64,000 nucleotides of DNA from assembly GCF_009914755.1 (NCBI RefSeq), contig NC_060938.1; one strand, written 5' to 3'. Origin of the DNA: the human T2T-CHM13v2.0 reference genome, Homo sapiens. This document shows positions 31,230 to 48,937 of the stretch, one piece after another (within the stretch, counting starts at the first letter, position 1; the number at the start of each line of letters is the position of its first letter). The notes below the pieces were generated by a model. It was not told the DNA's origin. It saw only the letters and a list, made by a program, of their open reading frames with translations, and did no database searches. A program made the translations under genes and the position numbers.

Positions 31230-32085
31230 ACAAAGGAGTAGTATCAAGAAGACAAAATCCTATACAGGATTTACATAAACACTTCACAAAAGAGGGAATC
31301 CAAATGGCAAATAAACACATGCGAAAGTGCTTCACTTGATTAATAATCAGGGAAATACAAAATAAAACTACAATTAATGAACACACCCACCTGAATACTT
31401 TAGTATCGAGCCTGAGAACAAGACATGCTGTTGAGAACTGAAAAACAGTCACTCTCCTACCCTTCTGGTACAAATATAAATGGGTAAAAACCATTTCAGA
31501 AACATTTGGCTTTTTCTTGTAAAGTTGGAGAAACACATATGCTATAGAAGTTCCACTCCTCCATATACCCTACAAAACATCATGCATGAGGAACATCAAA
31601 AGACATAAATAACAATGCTCATAGAAGCATTGTTGTTGGCTCAAACTGGAAACCACCCAAATGTCCACTAACAGAATGGATAAATATTAATAGATTTTGG
31701 TATAGGCACATGGTGGAATTTTATATAGCAATGAGAATAAACAAACTACAACTATAAACAACAATGTAAATAAATCATGATAGTAAATGTAAAAGCAAGT
31801 CATTAAAACATCTACAGTACGATTCCTTTTATATAAAATTCAAAAACAAGACCAAACAATATTATTTAGGTATGTACATATAGGTGGTAACATTTTTAAA
31901 GAATAGGAAAGGAGTTGGGAGAGATTATAACTGAAAAGGGAAACAGGAGAGCTGGCAATATTCCTTTTCTAGACCTGGGGGTGACTGCATGGGTTTGCAT
32001 GTTATAACAATTTATTAAACCATACTTTCAGCTTTGTAGACTTTCCTGGGTATATGTTATATTTCACAGTGAAAACAATATTAGA
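31230..32085 (+). mobile_element. L1MC/L1ME-type 3' region
   Basis: caaatggcaaataaacacatg, aaactggaaaccacccaaatgtcca, tatgttatatttcaca. Confidence 0.75.
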
Positions 32086-33279
32086 AGAAGAAAAGGGAGG
32101 AACAGAAAGAGAGGAGAAGAGAAGAGCAACGACGAAGAGAAGGAGAAGGAGAGGAGAAAGACAGGGGAATAAGTGAGCTGCACTGAGTTAAATTCCAAGT
32201 TTCATGAGACTAGTGAGCCTTGAGACTATCTTTTCCCTTGAGTACACAATATCATATTGGTTCTTACTATACAATGCCTTTCAAGAAACCCTCTCCTTTG
32301 CCCACTGTTCATCATAGTCTTAATCTGGCTATTGTCCTGACTTTTGATTCTCCTTGATAGCTTTCTCAACCAGCAAATCCATGACACAATGCATGCTGGA
32401 AAGAGTATTCAAGGAACAGGGAAATAGGATATCACAGGACGACATTTGCTTAATGCAACTTAGCTTTGTTTAATCTTATAGACAGCATTCTTACAGGTAT
32501 GATAACAACGTCAACTGTGGCTTTGTTTTCATGAGTATTGCCCACGAATTTCATCAATGCTAAACAGTGCTGATAATATGTTAATCAATGCCATGGTCAC
32601 ATAACTGTTCTCAACCTCAGCAGCAGAAGAAGCACTACCTGTAATTTATGTATGTATACTCCAATGGACCTAAATTTTGAAATATCTTTTTAAAATGTAT
32701 TTGGAAAAATGTGGCTACCAAATATGATCCAATTCATAGGTTCTTCAGATTTTGAGATAACGCTTTAGAATGCAAAAAATGAGATATTCATAATGTGGAG
32801 CATTAATTCAGAATTTAAGATTATAGCTATTTGGGGGACAGAGGAACAAAACAAAAACTTTTGTTATAATATTTATTCAAATTGTTGCATATTCTCTGGA
32901 GGCACTCTGGTGTCACTCACTGCATTGGATTTAGAAATTTACTAATCACTTCCTGTCTTAAGGGACAAATTCTACTGAAGGTTAGGAATTTGTTTCTTCT
33001 CCCAATTGAATTGTTTTTTATTTATGACACACTCTCAAAAAAGGAATGGCTTATATTCCTTATCATGTGCAAATTTTGAAAGTTTCTTGTAGTTAATCTT
33101 ACTACTTCTAATTGCAGGCCCCAACCCTCACCTCCAAATCCTGATTTTCATGCCGCCAGACTCTCCTGAATCTTTTCTTCTCCTACAACAAAAAACCTGT
33201 CCAGATTGTCTGCTCCGCTTGAACAATCTGCCCAGTTTCTGGAGTTCTTGTTTAATCTGTCTATAGAACTACAATTCTG

Positions 33280-34800
33280 AGAGTCTCCCAAAACTTGTGC
33301 AGTTAATGTCACCTAATTTATCTCTGATGAATATGTATCCAGCTTGAAAAATCTGAGCAATGATGACTTCAGCCACCCATGAGGTAGGATCCATAATCTA
33401 TGCGGCTTAAATTATAAGGATATTAATATTAATGCTTATAAATAGTGTCAGTTGCCCCGTGGTTATACCTTTTGGAGCCATGCAAAACATCTCTAATCTC
33501 TCCACCTCATGCTGGTCTCTCATATATACATCTGAATAGGGTCCTATTTTCTTATTTTCAGGTTAAACACATTCCATTCCTTCAACTGTTGTTCAAAGGA
33601 CATGGTTTTAGGATCCATCACTGGATTCATTCCTCATTCCATTTTAGCCAGTGTTCTCTTCAAACTAAAATGTTCAAACTGAATATAGTATTTCATATTT
33701 AAACCATGTTCCTATTAATGTGGCATGGAATAAAGACGATTTTAGCAGCAATGTCACATTGTTACCTGAAAATCAGTCAACAAACACCTCAGAATCTCTC
33801 TCTCAGGCACAACTATATTTTAAAGTGACTGATTTCACTTTTAAGTGATTGATTTCAATCACAATAATATTTTGTAAATGATAGATTTTTTAAAAGTTGT
33901 TTGGCTTTAAAACCAAACAATTAACAATTGTTGCTTTTGAGTTGCTTGAAATATTTATCTTCATTGTTTCAAGCAAGAGGTAAATAGGTTAACATTTATT
34001 ATCTACTGTTTTATAACAGAGCAAACAAGTGTGTCATTTTAAAGATAAGAATTGACAAGAAGTGTTTCTAGTATTCACCTAAATCATTGATAAACTTCTG
34101 AACGGAGCAAGACCCAAGGATGGAACCTTGCTTGCAACATATCACTAGAAACCTCCCAGAGGAAGACACATTGACCCATTAACAGTCACTGGATGGGTTA
34201 ATTTCACAACTATAAGAACTAAGCTAATCATTTCAAGCTTACATTTTTCCATCTACTCTGTAGGACTATCATAAGAAATTTTGTAAAAACCAATCCAAAT
34301 TCACCAAACACATAAAGTTCCCTGCATTTCCAGTCAAGTTAACTATTTAACAAGAGATGTCAAGTTAATACAGCATGATTTGTTCTTGCATTTTTGGAAG
34401 CTAATTCATCCTCTATTAATCACTGGTACTTTGGTAACTGCTCATTCAGTTTCATAATATGTTTTGAAATTTTGTTACAGTTTGAGATTAAATTTACCAT
34501 TCAGTAATTTATAAATTCTTCTACTATCCCTTTTGGAAAATTATCTTTAATTTCTTAGAACCTGTTCAGTTCTTTGAATCTGTAAAGATGACCACTGATG
34601 CTTCCAGGATCCCCACATGTGTATCTGGCCTCAAAACTGAACTACTTCATTGCCTACGAGTTCACCCACTATTTCCAAATATTTTAAGGCTTAGTATTTG
34701 TTTGTTGTTTGTTTGTTCTACCTCTGGTTCTTTCTCCCTGATTAAAAAAAAAAAAACAACCAAAGCAAAATAACTGAGTATTCTGCTTTCTCTTTGTCAT
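33280..34800 (-). mobile_element. L3/CR1 relic
   Basis: Antisense CR1 RT-like motifs: aatcattgataaac, atcactagaaacctccc, agcatgatttgttcttg. Confidence 0.55.
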
Positions 34801-35320
34801 CTACAAACACTACAAAACAGACCTCAAACATAAGCCTACCTTTTCATGGCCATGTTACTCTGAAACTGGGTTCAAAAGCCAGTTTTAAAAGATTTTCCCT
34901 CCTCTTGTATAACTATCCTTGGTTACATGCTTCTCAGGACTAGCATGATGTGCGTTATCCAGCATCCGGGAGCCCAAGTCAGGTCACTTGTGATCCCTGA
35001 ACTTTACATTTCCTTCTGCCCACCCTACCACCACCCTCACATTCTGAAACAGAGCCAAATGTTAGCCTATAAGAAGGAATCTAAAAGCATTACAGTAATT
35101 TGCACAAATACCAGGAAACGACAGAGGCATCAAGAGATAAGAGTCCTGAAAAAAGTTAAAAAGACAGACATACAGGTCATGGGAGATTCATGTATCACCA
35201 ACAGGAGAAAACCAAAACACGGTAGACCTATCCTTCATGGGACACACTCAGAGAGTAACTCCTCCATATGTAACACACTCTCTCTCTCTCTTTTCTTTTT
35301 TAAATAAAAGAATCCATGCC

Positions 35321-35638
35321 AGCCAGGTGTGGTGGCTCACACCTGTAATCCCGGCACTTTAGGAGGCTGAGGGGGGATGACTGTTCAAGGCCAGGAATTT
35401 AAGACCAGCCTGGGCAACATACTGAGACCCCATCTCCACAAAAAATTAAAAAATTAGCCAGGTGTGATAGCATACACATGTAGTTCAGGGAGACGGAGGC
35501 AGAAGGATCACTTGAGCCCAGAAACTTGAGGCTGCATGAGCTATGATCATACCACTGCACTCCAGCCTAGGCAGAAAGCAAGACCCAGTCTCCCGAAAAA
35601 AATAAATAAATAAATAAGAGAGAGAGACAGAGAGAGAC
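35321..35638 (+). mobile_element. AluJ with (TAAA)n(GA)n tail
   Basis: J diagnostics: gagcccagaaacttgaggctgca, ctatgatcataccactg. Confidence 0.88.
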
Positions 35639-35910
35639 AGTCCATGTGTGTCAACATTTTTATCCATGTGGAAAAAGGCAGCAGTTAACTATTTTGACAC
35701 CCAACCCACTGTATATTTAGGAAACTAACAAACTATATACCACATACACATGCATATACACAAATATATTGAGAAACAGTGTATGGAATATTATAAACTC
35801 ATATGTATGAACATAAACATTCAGAATTCAGACAACACATTATTAAACACTGTAGATGTACTTATACAATATGCAATAAATTATGTATTATAAATCATAT
35901 ACATTATACC

Positions 35911-38550
35911 TGCTATGATCTAAACGTCTATGTACTACCATAATTCATATGTTGAAACCTAATCCTCAATCTCCAATAGTATTAAGAAGTGGAACCTTGA
36001 GGAGGTGATTAGGTCATGAGGGTGGAGCCCTCATGAATGGGATTAGTGCCCTTATAAAAGAAGCCTGAAGGAACCTGTTTGCCTCTTCCACCATTGTGAG
36101 GATGTGGCCAGAAGGCGCCACCTATGAAGCAGAGAACAAGCCTTCACCACACACTGAATCTGTCAACACCCTTGATTTTGGTCTCTCCAGTCTCCAGAAG
36201 TGTAAGAGAATAAATCTCTGCTGTTTATAAATTACCCAGTCTAAGGTATTTTGTTATAGCCAACTGATGGGACAAATACAGATATTGGTACCAAGAAGTG
36301 GTGTTGCTATCACAAATACCTAAAAGCATGGAAGAACCGCTAGAAATGGGTAATGAGTAAAGGCTGGGAAAGTCTTGAAGTGAATGCTAGAAAAAGTCTA
36401 CGCTGCTATAAAAGGACTAGAAAAAGTGATTCTGGTGAGGGCTCAGAAGAAGAGAGCTGCAGAGAAAAACCCCAGTCTTCTTAGAGATGACCTAAGAGGT
36501 CGTGATCAAAATGCTAGGCAGAAATACAGACGGTAAAGCCCATTCTGATGAAATCTGACAGAAGTGAAGAGTGTGGTATTGGAAATGGAAGCAAAGGCCA
36601 TCCAAGTTATAAAGGGGCAAAAAATCTGGTTGAATTGTGTCCATGTTCTGGTATTTTTGTGTGAAGTAGAACTTATGAGAAGTGAAACAAGATATCTGGT
36701 GAAAGAGATATCTAAGGAGGTCAGGCATTGTGACTCACACCTGTAATCCCAGCACTTTGGGAGACCAAGGTGGGAGGATTACTTGAGCTCAGGAGTTTAA
36801 GACCACCCTGCACAACACAGTGAGACCTTGTCTCTACAAAATATAACAACAACAATAAAATTAGCCAGGTGTGGTGGCACGCGTCCGTGGGAAGATCACT
36901 TGAGCCCAGGAGCCATGATCGTGCCACTGCACTCCAGCCTGAGTGATAGAGTGAGACACTGTCCAAAAAAAAAAAAAAAAAAAAAGGAAAGAAAGAAAGA
37001 AAGAGAAAAGAAGAAAATTAAAGAAAAAGAATAAACAAAGTGTTGAGGGTACAACACAGCTCCTCTCTAAATAGTAACGTGAGAAGATAGGAACTATTCA
37101 AAGACAAAATTTATAATCAAAAGGGAAGCAGAACTTAAAGATTTGGAAAATTCTCAGCCTTGCCACATTTTAAAGAATGAAAAAGCGAGTTCAGGAGAGA
37201 ATACCAAGGGTGTGGCTAAGCAACCCTTTGATAAAGAGACTGTTATGGTTCTGTGGAAGCCAGGTGCTGTTCATCAAGATGATGGACGAATGGCCCCAGC
37301 TGCATTTTGGAGAGCACTGGGCTGCCCCTCTCATCACAGGCCCAGAGTGCCAAGACCTGGAGAACAGAACTATGTCAAACAAGGGCTCTTGGGCACATGT
37401 ATGACTCTGGCAGTTGCCGCCTAGCACTGCCTCAAGTCTCTGCCTCCCACATTCTGGCACAGTGCTCCTCAGCCACCCCATGTTGGCTGCTCTTCCAGTT
37501 AGCACAGGTGGTAAACCTTGGTGGTGTCTGTGTGGTGTCATCTCTACCCATGCACAGAGTGCACAAGCAGCAGGGGCATAGCTACATCCATCTAGATTTC
37601 AAAGGCTTCCTCGGACAGCATTGAGGCCCAGGTAGAGAGTCCCTACTTGGGCAATGCCCAGTGAAGCCATGGGAGTACAGGCACCCACAAGAACTCAGAA
37701 CTGTAGATACAACTTGCATTCAACTCCAGCCTGGGAGAGTCATGAGTATGCCACTCCAACCCATAAGGGCTGTGCCCAGCAAAGTCATGAGGGCTGGAAT
37801 GCCTGCAAACTTGAAAGCCTAACCCTCACCCCAGTGTGCTGCAAAGGCAGGACATGGAATCTAAGAAGATTATTCACAAGCCTTAAGATTTAATGTTTGC
37901 CCTGTTTTGTTGTGGACTTATTGCAACTTGTACTCTTTTCTTCCTTCCCATTTCTCCCTTTTGAAAGAGGAATATCTACCCCGTGTCTGTTCCACCACTG
38001 TATTTTCAAAATGCATAATTTGTTTGATTTCACAGGCTCACAACTGGAGAGAAATTTGCCTCAGGGCGAATCATACAATGACTCTCAGCCATATATGATT
38101 TCGATATTTGGATGAGACTGGACTTTTGACTTGTGAGTTAATGCTTAAACAAGGTAAGCCTTTGGGGGATATTGGGATGGAATCAATGTATTTAGCACGT
38201 GAGAAGAATATTAATTTAGGAGATGAGAGGTGGCATACTATGGTCTCAATTTTTGTGTCCCTCTAAAATTCATATGTTGAAACCTAATCCCCAATGCAAC
38301 AGTATTAAGAAGTGAGGCCTTTAAGATGTGATTAGTACCCCTATAAATGAGCCCTCAAGAAGGCCTGTCATCCCTCCCACCAAGTGAGGATGCAGCTAGG
38401 AGACAACATCTATGAACCAGAAAGCAAGCACTCACTCAATTCCGAATCTGCTGGTGCTTTCATCTTGGACTTGTGAGCAATACATTTCTGTTGTTTATCA
38501 GTCACCCAGTCAAAGGTATTTTGTTATAGCCGCCCAAATGGAATAAGGTA
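35911..38550 (+). mobile_element. Complete MLT1A0 MaLR element: 5'LTR 35911-36280, internal 36281-38235, 3'LTR 38236-38550
   Basis: Two homologous LTRs (aattcatatgttgaaacctaatcc...aggtattttgttatagcc); internal region starts attggtaccaagaagtgg; purine tract precedes the 3'LTR; 5-bp TSD ATACC/ATATC. Confidence 0.88.
36719..37034 (+). mobile_element. AluJ with right-arm deletions, inside the MLT1A0 internal region
   Basis: Complete left arm, shortened right arm, long A/GAAA tail. Confidence 0.85.
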
Positions 38551-39212
38551 ATATCGTATGTACTTTATATTTTATATTTCTTTATGTGTATGAGTATACA
38601 TTTTTCTTCCATTATCTGAAATGTTCTTGATACCTACTTAATGTCAATCACATTTTTACTGACATATTACAACTGCCTCTAGGTTGCAAAGCTCTGCCTA
38701 ACATAAAATGTTTCATGACTGTACACATTAGATCAGCAGATAGAAAGTATTATACTTCCCTGCCTCCAAAGACTATAGAATTAAATATCTCAGGAATCTT
38801 AGCTTCTTTCAGCTTTCCTGCAAAAACGATGCCCATTTCTCTATTATCTCCTATATGTCTAACCTCACAATTTCAGCTCTCACACATTCCTTAGAACGCA
38901 CAACTGATAACAAGACTCTTCTTCATAAAATTTTATTCCACAGAAATCTGAGTGAATACATTCTTTATCTTCACTTTATAGTGTCTAGTTGTTTTGGCTC
39001 ATTTTTTGTTTTAATAATTTTAATTTTATTGGCACTCGGTGACTTAAGATTTCTTAGTTCTTAAATTTTCCTTTAAAATCTTAAAATGTTTGCACTGTTG
39101 AAAATATTTTAGAGGATCAGTAACAAACTGAGATACTTTTTGATAAATCCTTCTCCAACTATCATTTTAGACAACGCTTTTATACATAACTAGTTTTTAA
39201 AAGAGTGAAAAT

Positions 39213-39534
<322 letters not shown>

Positions 39535-40469
39535 TTATATTATGTAGGTATACACATATGACTCTACATGATCCATGAATTACCCTCAAATTTATTTTTC
39601 TGATGAGCTGTCTGTGCTCATCAGATCTGTTTGTTGATTCCTTTTGAAAATATAAATATATAATCTCATACAATCCAATCTTATTTGATACAATATTTCT
39701 ACAGAAAAGAACACAGCAATTTAATCCAAGTTTTCTTTAGTTATGACCATTGCTAGTAAATGGATTTTTCCTATTTTGAGAGAATTAAATTCATAAGAGA
39801 CTGCAAGCTGCACACGAGACAATGAAATGTACCCAGGCAACCTGGAAACAGTTCCAAAGTTACTACTTCTGGACCATTTGTTAATAAAAATAAGCGATTA
39901 TGATCAGTAGTGAGTGTGACACTGTGGCTTCTACCCTCCAGGACCTCATTCTCCAAGTTAGATACAAACTAATAATACACATTCATTAAAAGCAGTAGAG
40001 CAATCAAGGGTTAAGTCTTACATGTCATAAACGTTGGATCAAAGAAAGAAAAGATCAGTTGAGCTACAGTATATGGGAAATGCCTCCCAGAAAAGACGAT
40101 ATCTAAATGGATACTTGAAAATACTGGGGTGTGGATAAGCTCATGGGAGAATCAACCGCAAAAACAAACACCTTCTCTGCACTGAAAGTATAAATGTGCA
40201 GGGCAATGACAAAAGACAGGAAGCTAGTGTGGCACCTGCTGGAGAGAATGAGATGCACTTGAAGAGGGAGGATGGGCACTACAGAAGAGTGAAATGGGAC
40301 AAGGTTATATTTAAGAAATAATTTTATGGCTTTTTTCTTACTTCCTTTATTATTAAAACATACCTCCTGAAAACGTGTACATCAGCTGACTTTGCAGTAG
40401 TAGTAGCAAAAGTAAGAGGAAGAGAACAGAACAAGGAGAAAGAAGAGGAAAAGGAAGGGGAGGAAATCG

Positions 40470-40850
40470 GTGCTACCATTACTTGAACATTTTACCAATA
40501 ATAATAATAACACTTACTGAGGGCTCACTATGACCAGCACCCTCCTAAGCATTTCATATGCATGAGTTAGGTACCATTGCAGGTGGAAATACTAAGGCAT
40601 AGTACAGCAATTTGCTGGAATACAGAGTTATTAAGTGGTGGAACTGGAATTTGGGACACAAGTAGTTGACATTATTGTGCATTTTTTCATATCATTCAAC
40701 TAAATTCCCACAGCAACTATACAATTTATAAGTCATTATCTTCATTTAAAGAGGAGGAAACTATGCTTTGGGGAAATGAAGTACCTTATTCATGGTCACA
40801 CAATCTAATATGAAGAGGATAACGGCTCACATTTACTTCATTCCAAAGCT
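40470..40850 (-). mobile_element. MIR fragments (two)
   Basis: aataacacttactgagggctcactatg; cttcatttaaagaggaggaaactatgctt...catggtcacac. Confidence 0.6.
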
Positions 40851-41091
40851 TCAAACAGTTAGGAGATACTAAGAAAGTGTGATTTGCATTCTTCCACAGG
40901 AAAGCAACATGATAATAGTGGTGCTTTATGAAGATGTCTGTGAAGGACAAATCAGGGGAGAGGTTGGAAAACCAGACTATTTACCAAGAAGTTGTAGTTA
41001 TAATGCCTAAAGAGATGAGCAATCAGGTATAGCAGAAGTCATTTTGAGGCATAAAATGACAACATTTAGTAATAGTTTGGATAGAAGAGTT

Positions 41092-41195
41092 TGTATCGAG
41101 GGTTCCTAGTTGGAAGCAGCAGAAACAAATTCTTGTCTGATTTATGAAAAAAAAAATGAACTTACTGTGAATAGCTTATAGAACCTTGAGAGGAC
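41092..41195 (-). mobile_element. MLT1K/L-type LTR, left part (split by the L1)
   Basis: tgtatcgagggttcctagttggaagcagcagaaacaaattc resembles an antisense MLT1 end. Confidence 0.55.
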
Positions 41196-42221
41196 CGAGA
41201 GGTTCCAAGATGGCCGAATAGGAACAGCTCCATTCTATAGCTCCCAGTGTGAGCGACGCAGAAGGCGGGTGATTTCTGCATTTCCAACTGAGGTACCAGG
41301 TTCGTCTCATTGGTGCTTGTCAGACAGTGGGTGCAGGACAGTGGGTGCAGCCCACCGAATGAGAGTCGAAGCAGGGCGAGGCATCGCCTCACCCGGGAAA
41401 AGCAAAGGGTCAGGGAATTCCCTTTCCTAGCCAAGGGAAGCTGTGACAGATGGCACCTGGAAAATCGGGTCACTCCCACCCTAATGCTGCGCTTTTCCAG
41501 TGGTCTTAGCAAAAGGCACACCAGGAGATTATATCCCACGCCTGGCTCGAGGGTCCCCCACCCACGGACCCTCGCTCATTGCTAGCACAGCAGTCTGAGA
41601 TCAAACTGCAAGGCTGCAGCAAGTCTTGGGGAGGGGCATCCACCATTGCTGAGGCTTGAGTAGGTAAACAAAGCAGCTGCGAAGCTCAAACTGGGTGGAG
41701 GCCACCAAAGCTCAAGGAGGCCTCCCTGCCTCTGTAGACTCCATCTCTGGGGGCAGGGCATAGCTGAATAAAAGGCAGCAGAACCTCCTGCAAACTTAAA
41801 TGTCCCTGTCTAACAGCTTTGAAGAGAGTAGTAGTTCTCCCAGCATGGAGTTTGAGATCTGAGAACAGCCAGACCGCCTCCTCAAGTGGGCCCCTGACCC
41901 CCGAGTAGCCTAACTGGGAGGCACCTCCCAGTAGGGGCCGACTGACACCTCACATGGCCAGGTGCCCCTCTGAGACGAAGCTTCCAGAGGAACAATCAGG
42001 CAGCAACATTGGCTGTTCTGCAATACTCGCTCTTCTGCAGCCTCCGTTGGTGGTACCCAGGCAAACGGGGTCTGGAGTGGACCTCCAGCAAACTCCAACA
42101 GACCTGCAGCTGAGGGTCCTGACTGTCAGAAGGAAAACTAACAAACAGAAAGGACATCCACACCAAAACCCCATCAGTACGTCATCATAATCAAAGACCA
42201 AAGGTAGATGAAAACACAAAG
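41196..42221 (+). promoter_or_regulatory. L1 5'UTR internal sense promoter and antisense promoter region
   Basis: YY1 site AAGATGGCC at 41207-41215; relatively CpG-rich; antisense splice donor CGG|GTGAGG at 41392. Confidence 0.75.
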
Positions 42222-43237
42222 ATGGGGATAAACCAGAGCAGAAAAGCTGAAAATTCTAAAAATCAGAGCGCCTCTTCTCCTCCAAAGGAATGCAGCTCCT
42301 CACCAGCAACTGAACAAAGCTGGACGGAGAATGACTTTGATGAGTTGAGAGAAGAAGGCTTCAGACGATCAAACTTCTCCGAGCTAAAGGAGGATGTTCG
42401 AACCCATCACAAAGAAGCTAAAAACCTTGAAAAAAGATTACACGAATGGCTAACTAGAATAAGTAGTGTAGAGAAGTCCTTAAATGACCTGATGGAGCTG
42501 AAAACCATGGCACAAGAACTACGGGACGCATGCACAAGCTTCAGTACCCGATTCAATCAACTGGAAGAAAGGGTATCAGTGATTGAAGATCAAATTAATG
42601 AAATGAAGCAAGAAGAGAAGTTTAGAGAAAAAGGAGTAAAAGAAATGAATAAAGCGTCCAAGAAATATGGAACTATGTGAAAAGACCAAATCTAGATCTG
42701 ATTGCTGTACCTGAAAGTGATGGGGAGAATGGAACCAAGTTGGAAAACACTCTGTAGGATATTATCCAGGAGAACTTCCCCAAACTAGCAAGGCACACCA
42801 ACATTCAAATTCAGGAAACACAGAGAACACCACAAAGACAATCCTCGAGAAGAGCAACTCCAAGACACATAATTGTCAGATTCACCAAAGTTGAAATGAA
42901 GGAAAAAATGTTAAGGGCAGCCAGAGAGAAAGGTCGGGTTACCCTCAAAGGGAAGCCCATCAGACTAAGAGCGGATCTCTCTGCAGAAACCCTACAAGCC
43001 AGAAGAGAGTGGGGGCCAATATTCAACATTCTTAAAGAAAAGAATTTTCAACTCAGAATTTCATATCCAGTCAAACTAAGCTTTAGAAGTGAAGGAGAAA
43101 TAAAATCCTTTACAGACAAGCAAATGCTGAGAGATTTTGTCACCACCAGGCCTGCCTTACAAGAGCTCCTGAAGGAAGCACTAAACATGGAAAGGAAGAA
43201 CTGGTACCAGCCACTGCAAAAACATGCCAAATTGTAA
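42222..43237 (+). pseudogene. L1 ORF1p, disrupted
   Basis: Runs from MGINQSRKAENSKNQS to PLQKHAKL; frameshift near 42640 and premature TAG at 42755-42757. Confidence 0.92.
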
Positions 43238-43299
43238 AGATCATCAATGCTAGGAAGAAACTGCATCAACTAACAAGCAAAATAACCAGCTAAATCATA

Positions 43300-47118
<3,819 letters not shown>

Positions 47119-47336
47119 ACAATGAGAACACTTGGACACAGGAAGGGGAACATCACACACTGGGGCCTGTCGTGGGGTGGGGGGAGGGAGGAGGGATAGC
47201 ATTAGGAGATATACCTAATGTAAATGACGAGTTAATGGGTGCAGCACACCAACATGGCACAAGTATACAAATGTAACAAACCTGCATGTTATGCACATGT
47301 ACCCTAGAACATAAAGTACAATGATAATAATAAAAA

Positions 47337-47670
47337 AGAATCTTGAGAGGACTGGAAACCAAGTTGGATGTTCAACAGCTATAAACAACGTCTCAAATTA
47401 TAAGACAGAGGTCCTATCACTGACAGTGACACACCAGTTTACCCCCTCAATATTTCCAAGACAAGCCTCTGGCTGGTCATGCCATCAGTTCAGCTACCAC
47501 TGCTTTTACTGGAAACTGGATGAAACTACTAAAGTTGCAGCCACCAAATGCAAGAATAGTCAGGGAGGCACCTGCTTCATTGGATGAAAATTTATCCGGC
47601 CTGAGCCAAGGTACAAAGAAGACTGGAAAGACGTTTTCAGTTTTGATAATGGCTGAAGTCTCTCCTTCAA
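47337..47670 (-). mobile_element. MLT1K/L-type LTR, right part
   Basis: Continues the left fragment across the TSD; agactggaaagacgttttcagttttgataatgg. Confidence 0.5.
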
Positions 47671-48523
47671 AAGGCAAGGGAGTCTTTAAAATATAAGAGA
47701 ACCCAAAAGAATGAGAAATGTCTACCACCAAGTTAAAGTAGGGACATTTTGAAAGTTCATTTTGTATATTCAGAGATTCTACTTCACATGAACATTTCCA
47801 TAACATACCATAGAACACACCTTTACTAAAGTAACTTGACAAGAGAAAAAAGAGCAGTCAACATATTCTCCCTAAAGAGTATTTAAACGGAGACAACAGT
47901 ATCATTTGTGAATTCTTTAAAAGATGCTCTGAGATGTACAATTCAATCTGCTGCCACTTCTAAAAAGTAGCAGTTTTCAAATTCTTCTTCTGTGATTAAA
48001 TGATCTTTTCTCTGATCTTGTCAAGAATATCCATATTACATGTATACCCAGATGTGCATCTACAATATATGCTTTACACCCTAATATTCCTTGAATATCT
48101 AAAACCATTTGTTTTCCTAAAACAGTGTATCATAATGCTCAGTTCGGTTGAAGACTGAAATCCTACTTGTTTTGAGAAGATTCTGAATAAAGGAAAAGAG
48201 ACATTATCAGTGATACTCTGATGTACTGGTAAACATTTTTTAACATTATCAATGGTTTTCTGTGTCTTAGTCATGTGATCTGCTTTCAAAAGCACTTTCA
48301 TTAGTTAAGTTCCGGTCTGACTCACAAATGCATTGAGGGCAATTTGCTGTATCTTGAAGACTATATTAATTTGATGATCTTCCCTGAGTTTTGAGCATTA
48401 CTAGCAGCAAAACCCAAAAGGTCCTAAAAAAAATACTGACTATAATTTTACATTAGATAAGATAAATTATAACTATGAGTCTAAACTTTGAACGATTCTT
48501 TCTTTTTTTCATTCTTTTATTAA

Positions 48524-48937
<414 letters not shown>

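Noticed and set aside
37143-38115. Cluster of overlapping ORFs
   Set aside because: Decayed MaLR internal sequence with no intact gag-like frame.
48070-48200. Plus-strand acceptor followed by AATAAA (possible terminal exon)
   Set aside because: Motifs are short and common in AT-rich DNA, and no upstream exon is identified.
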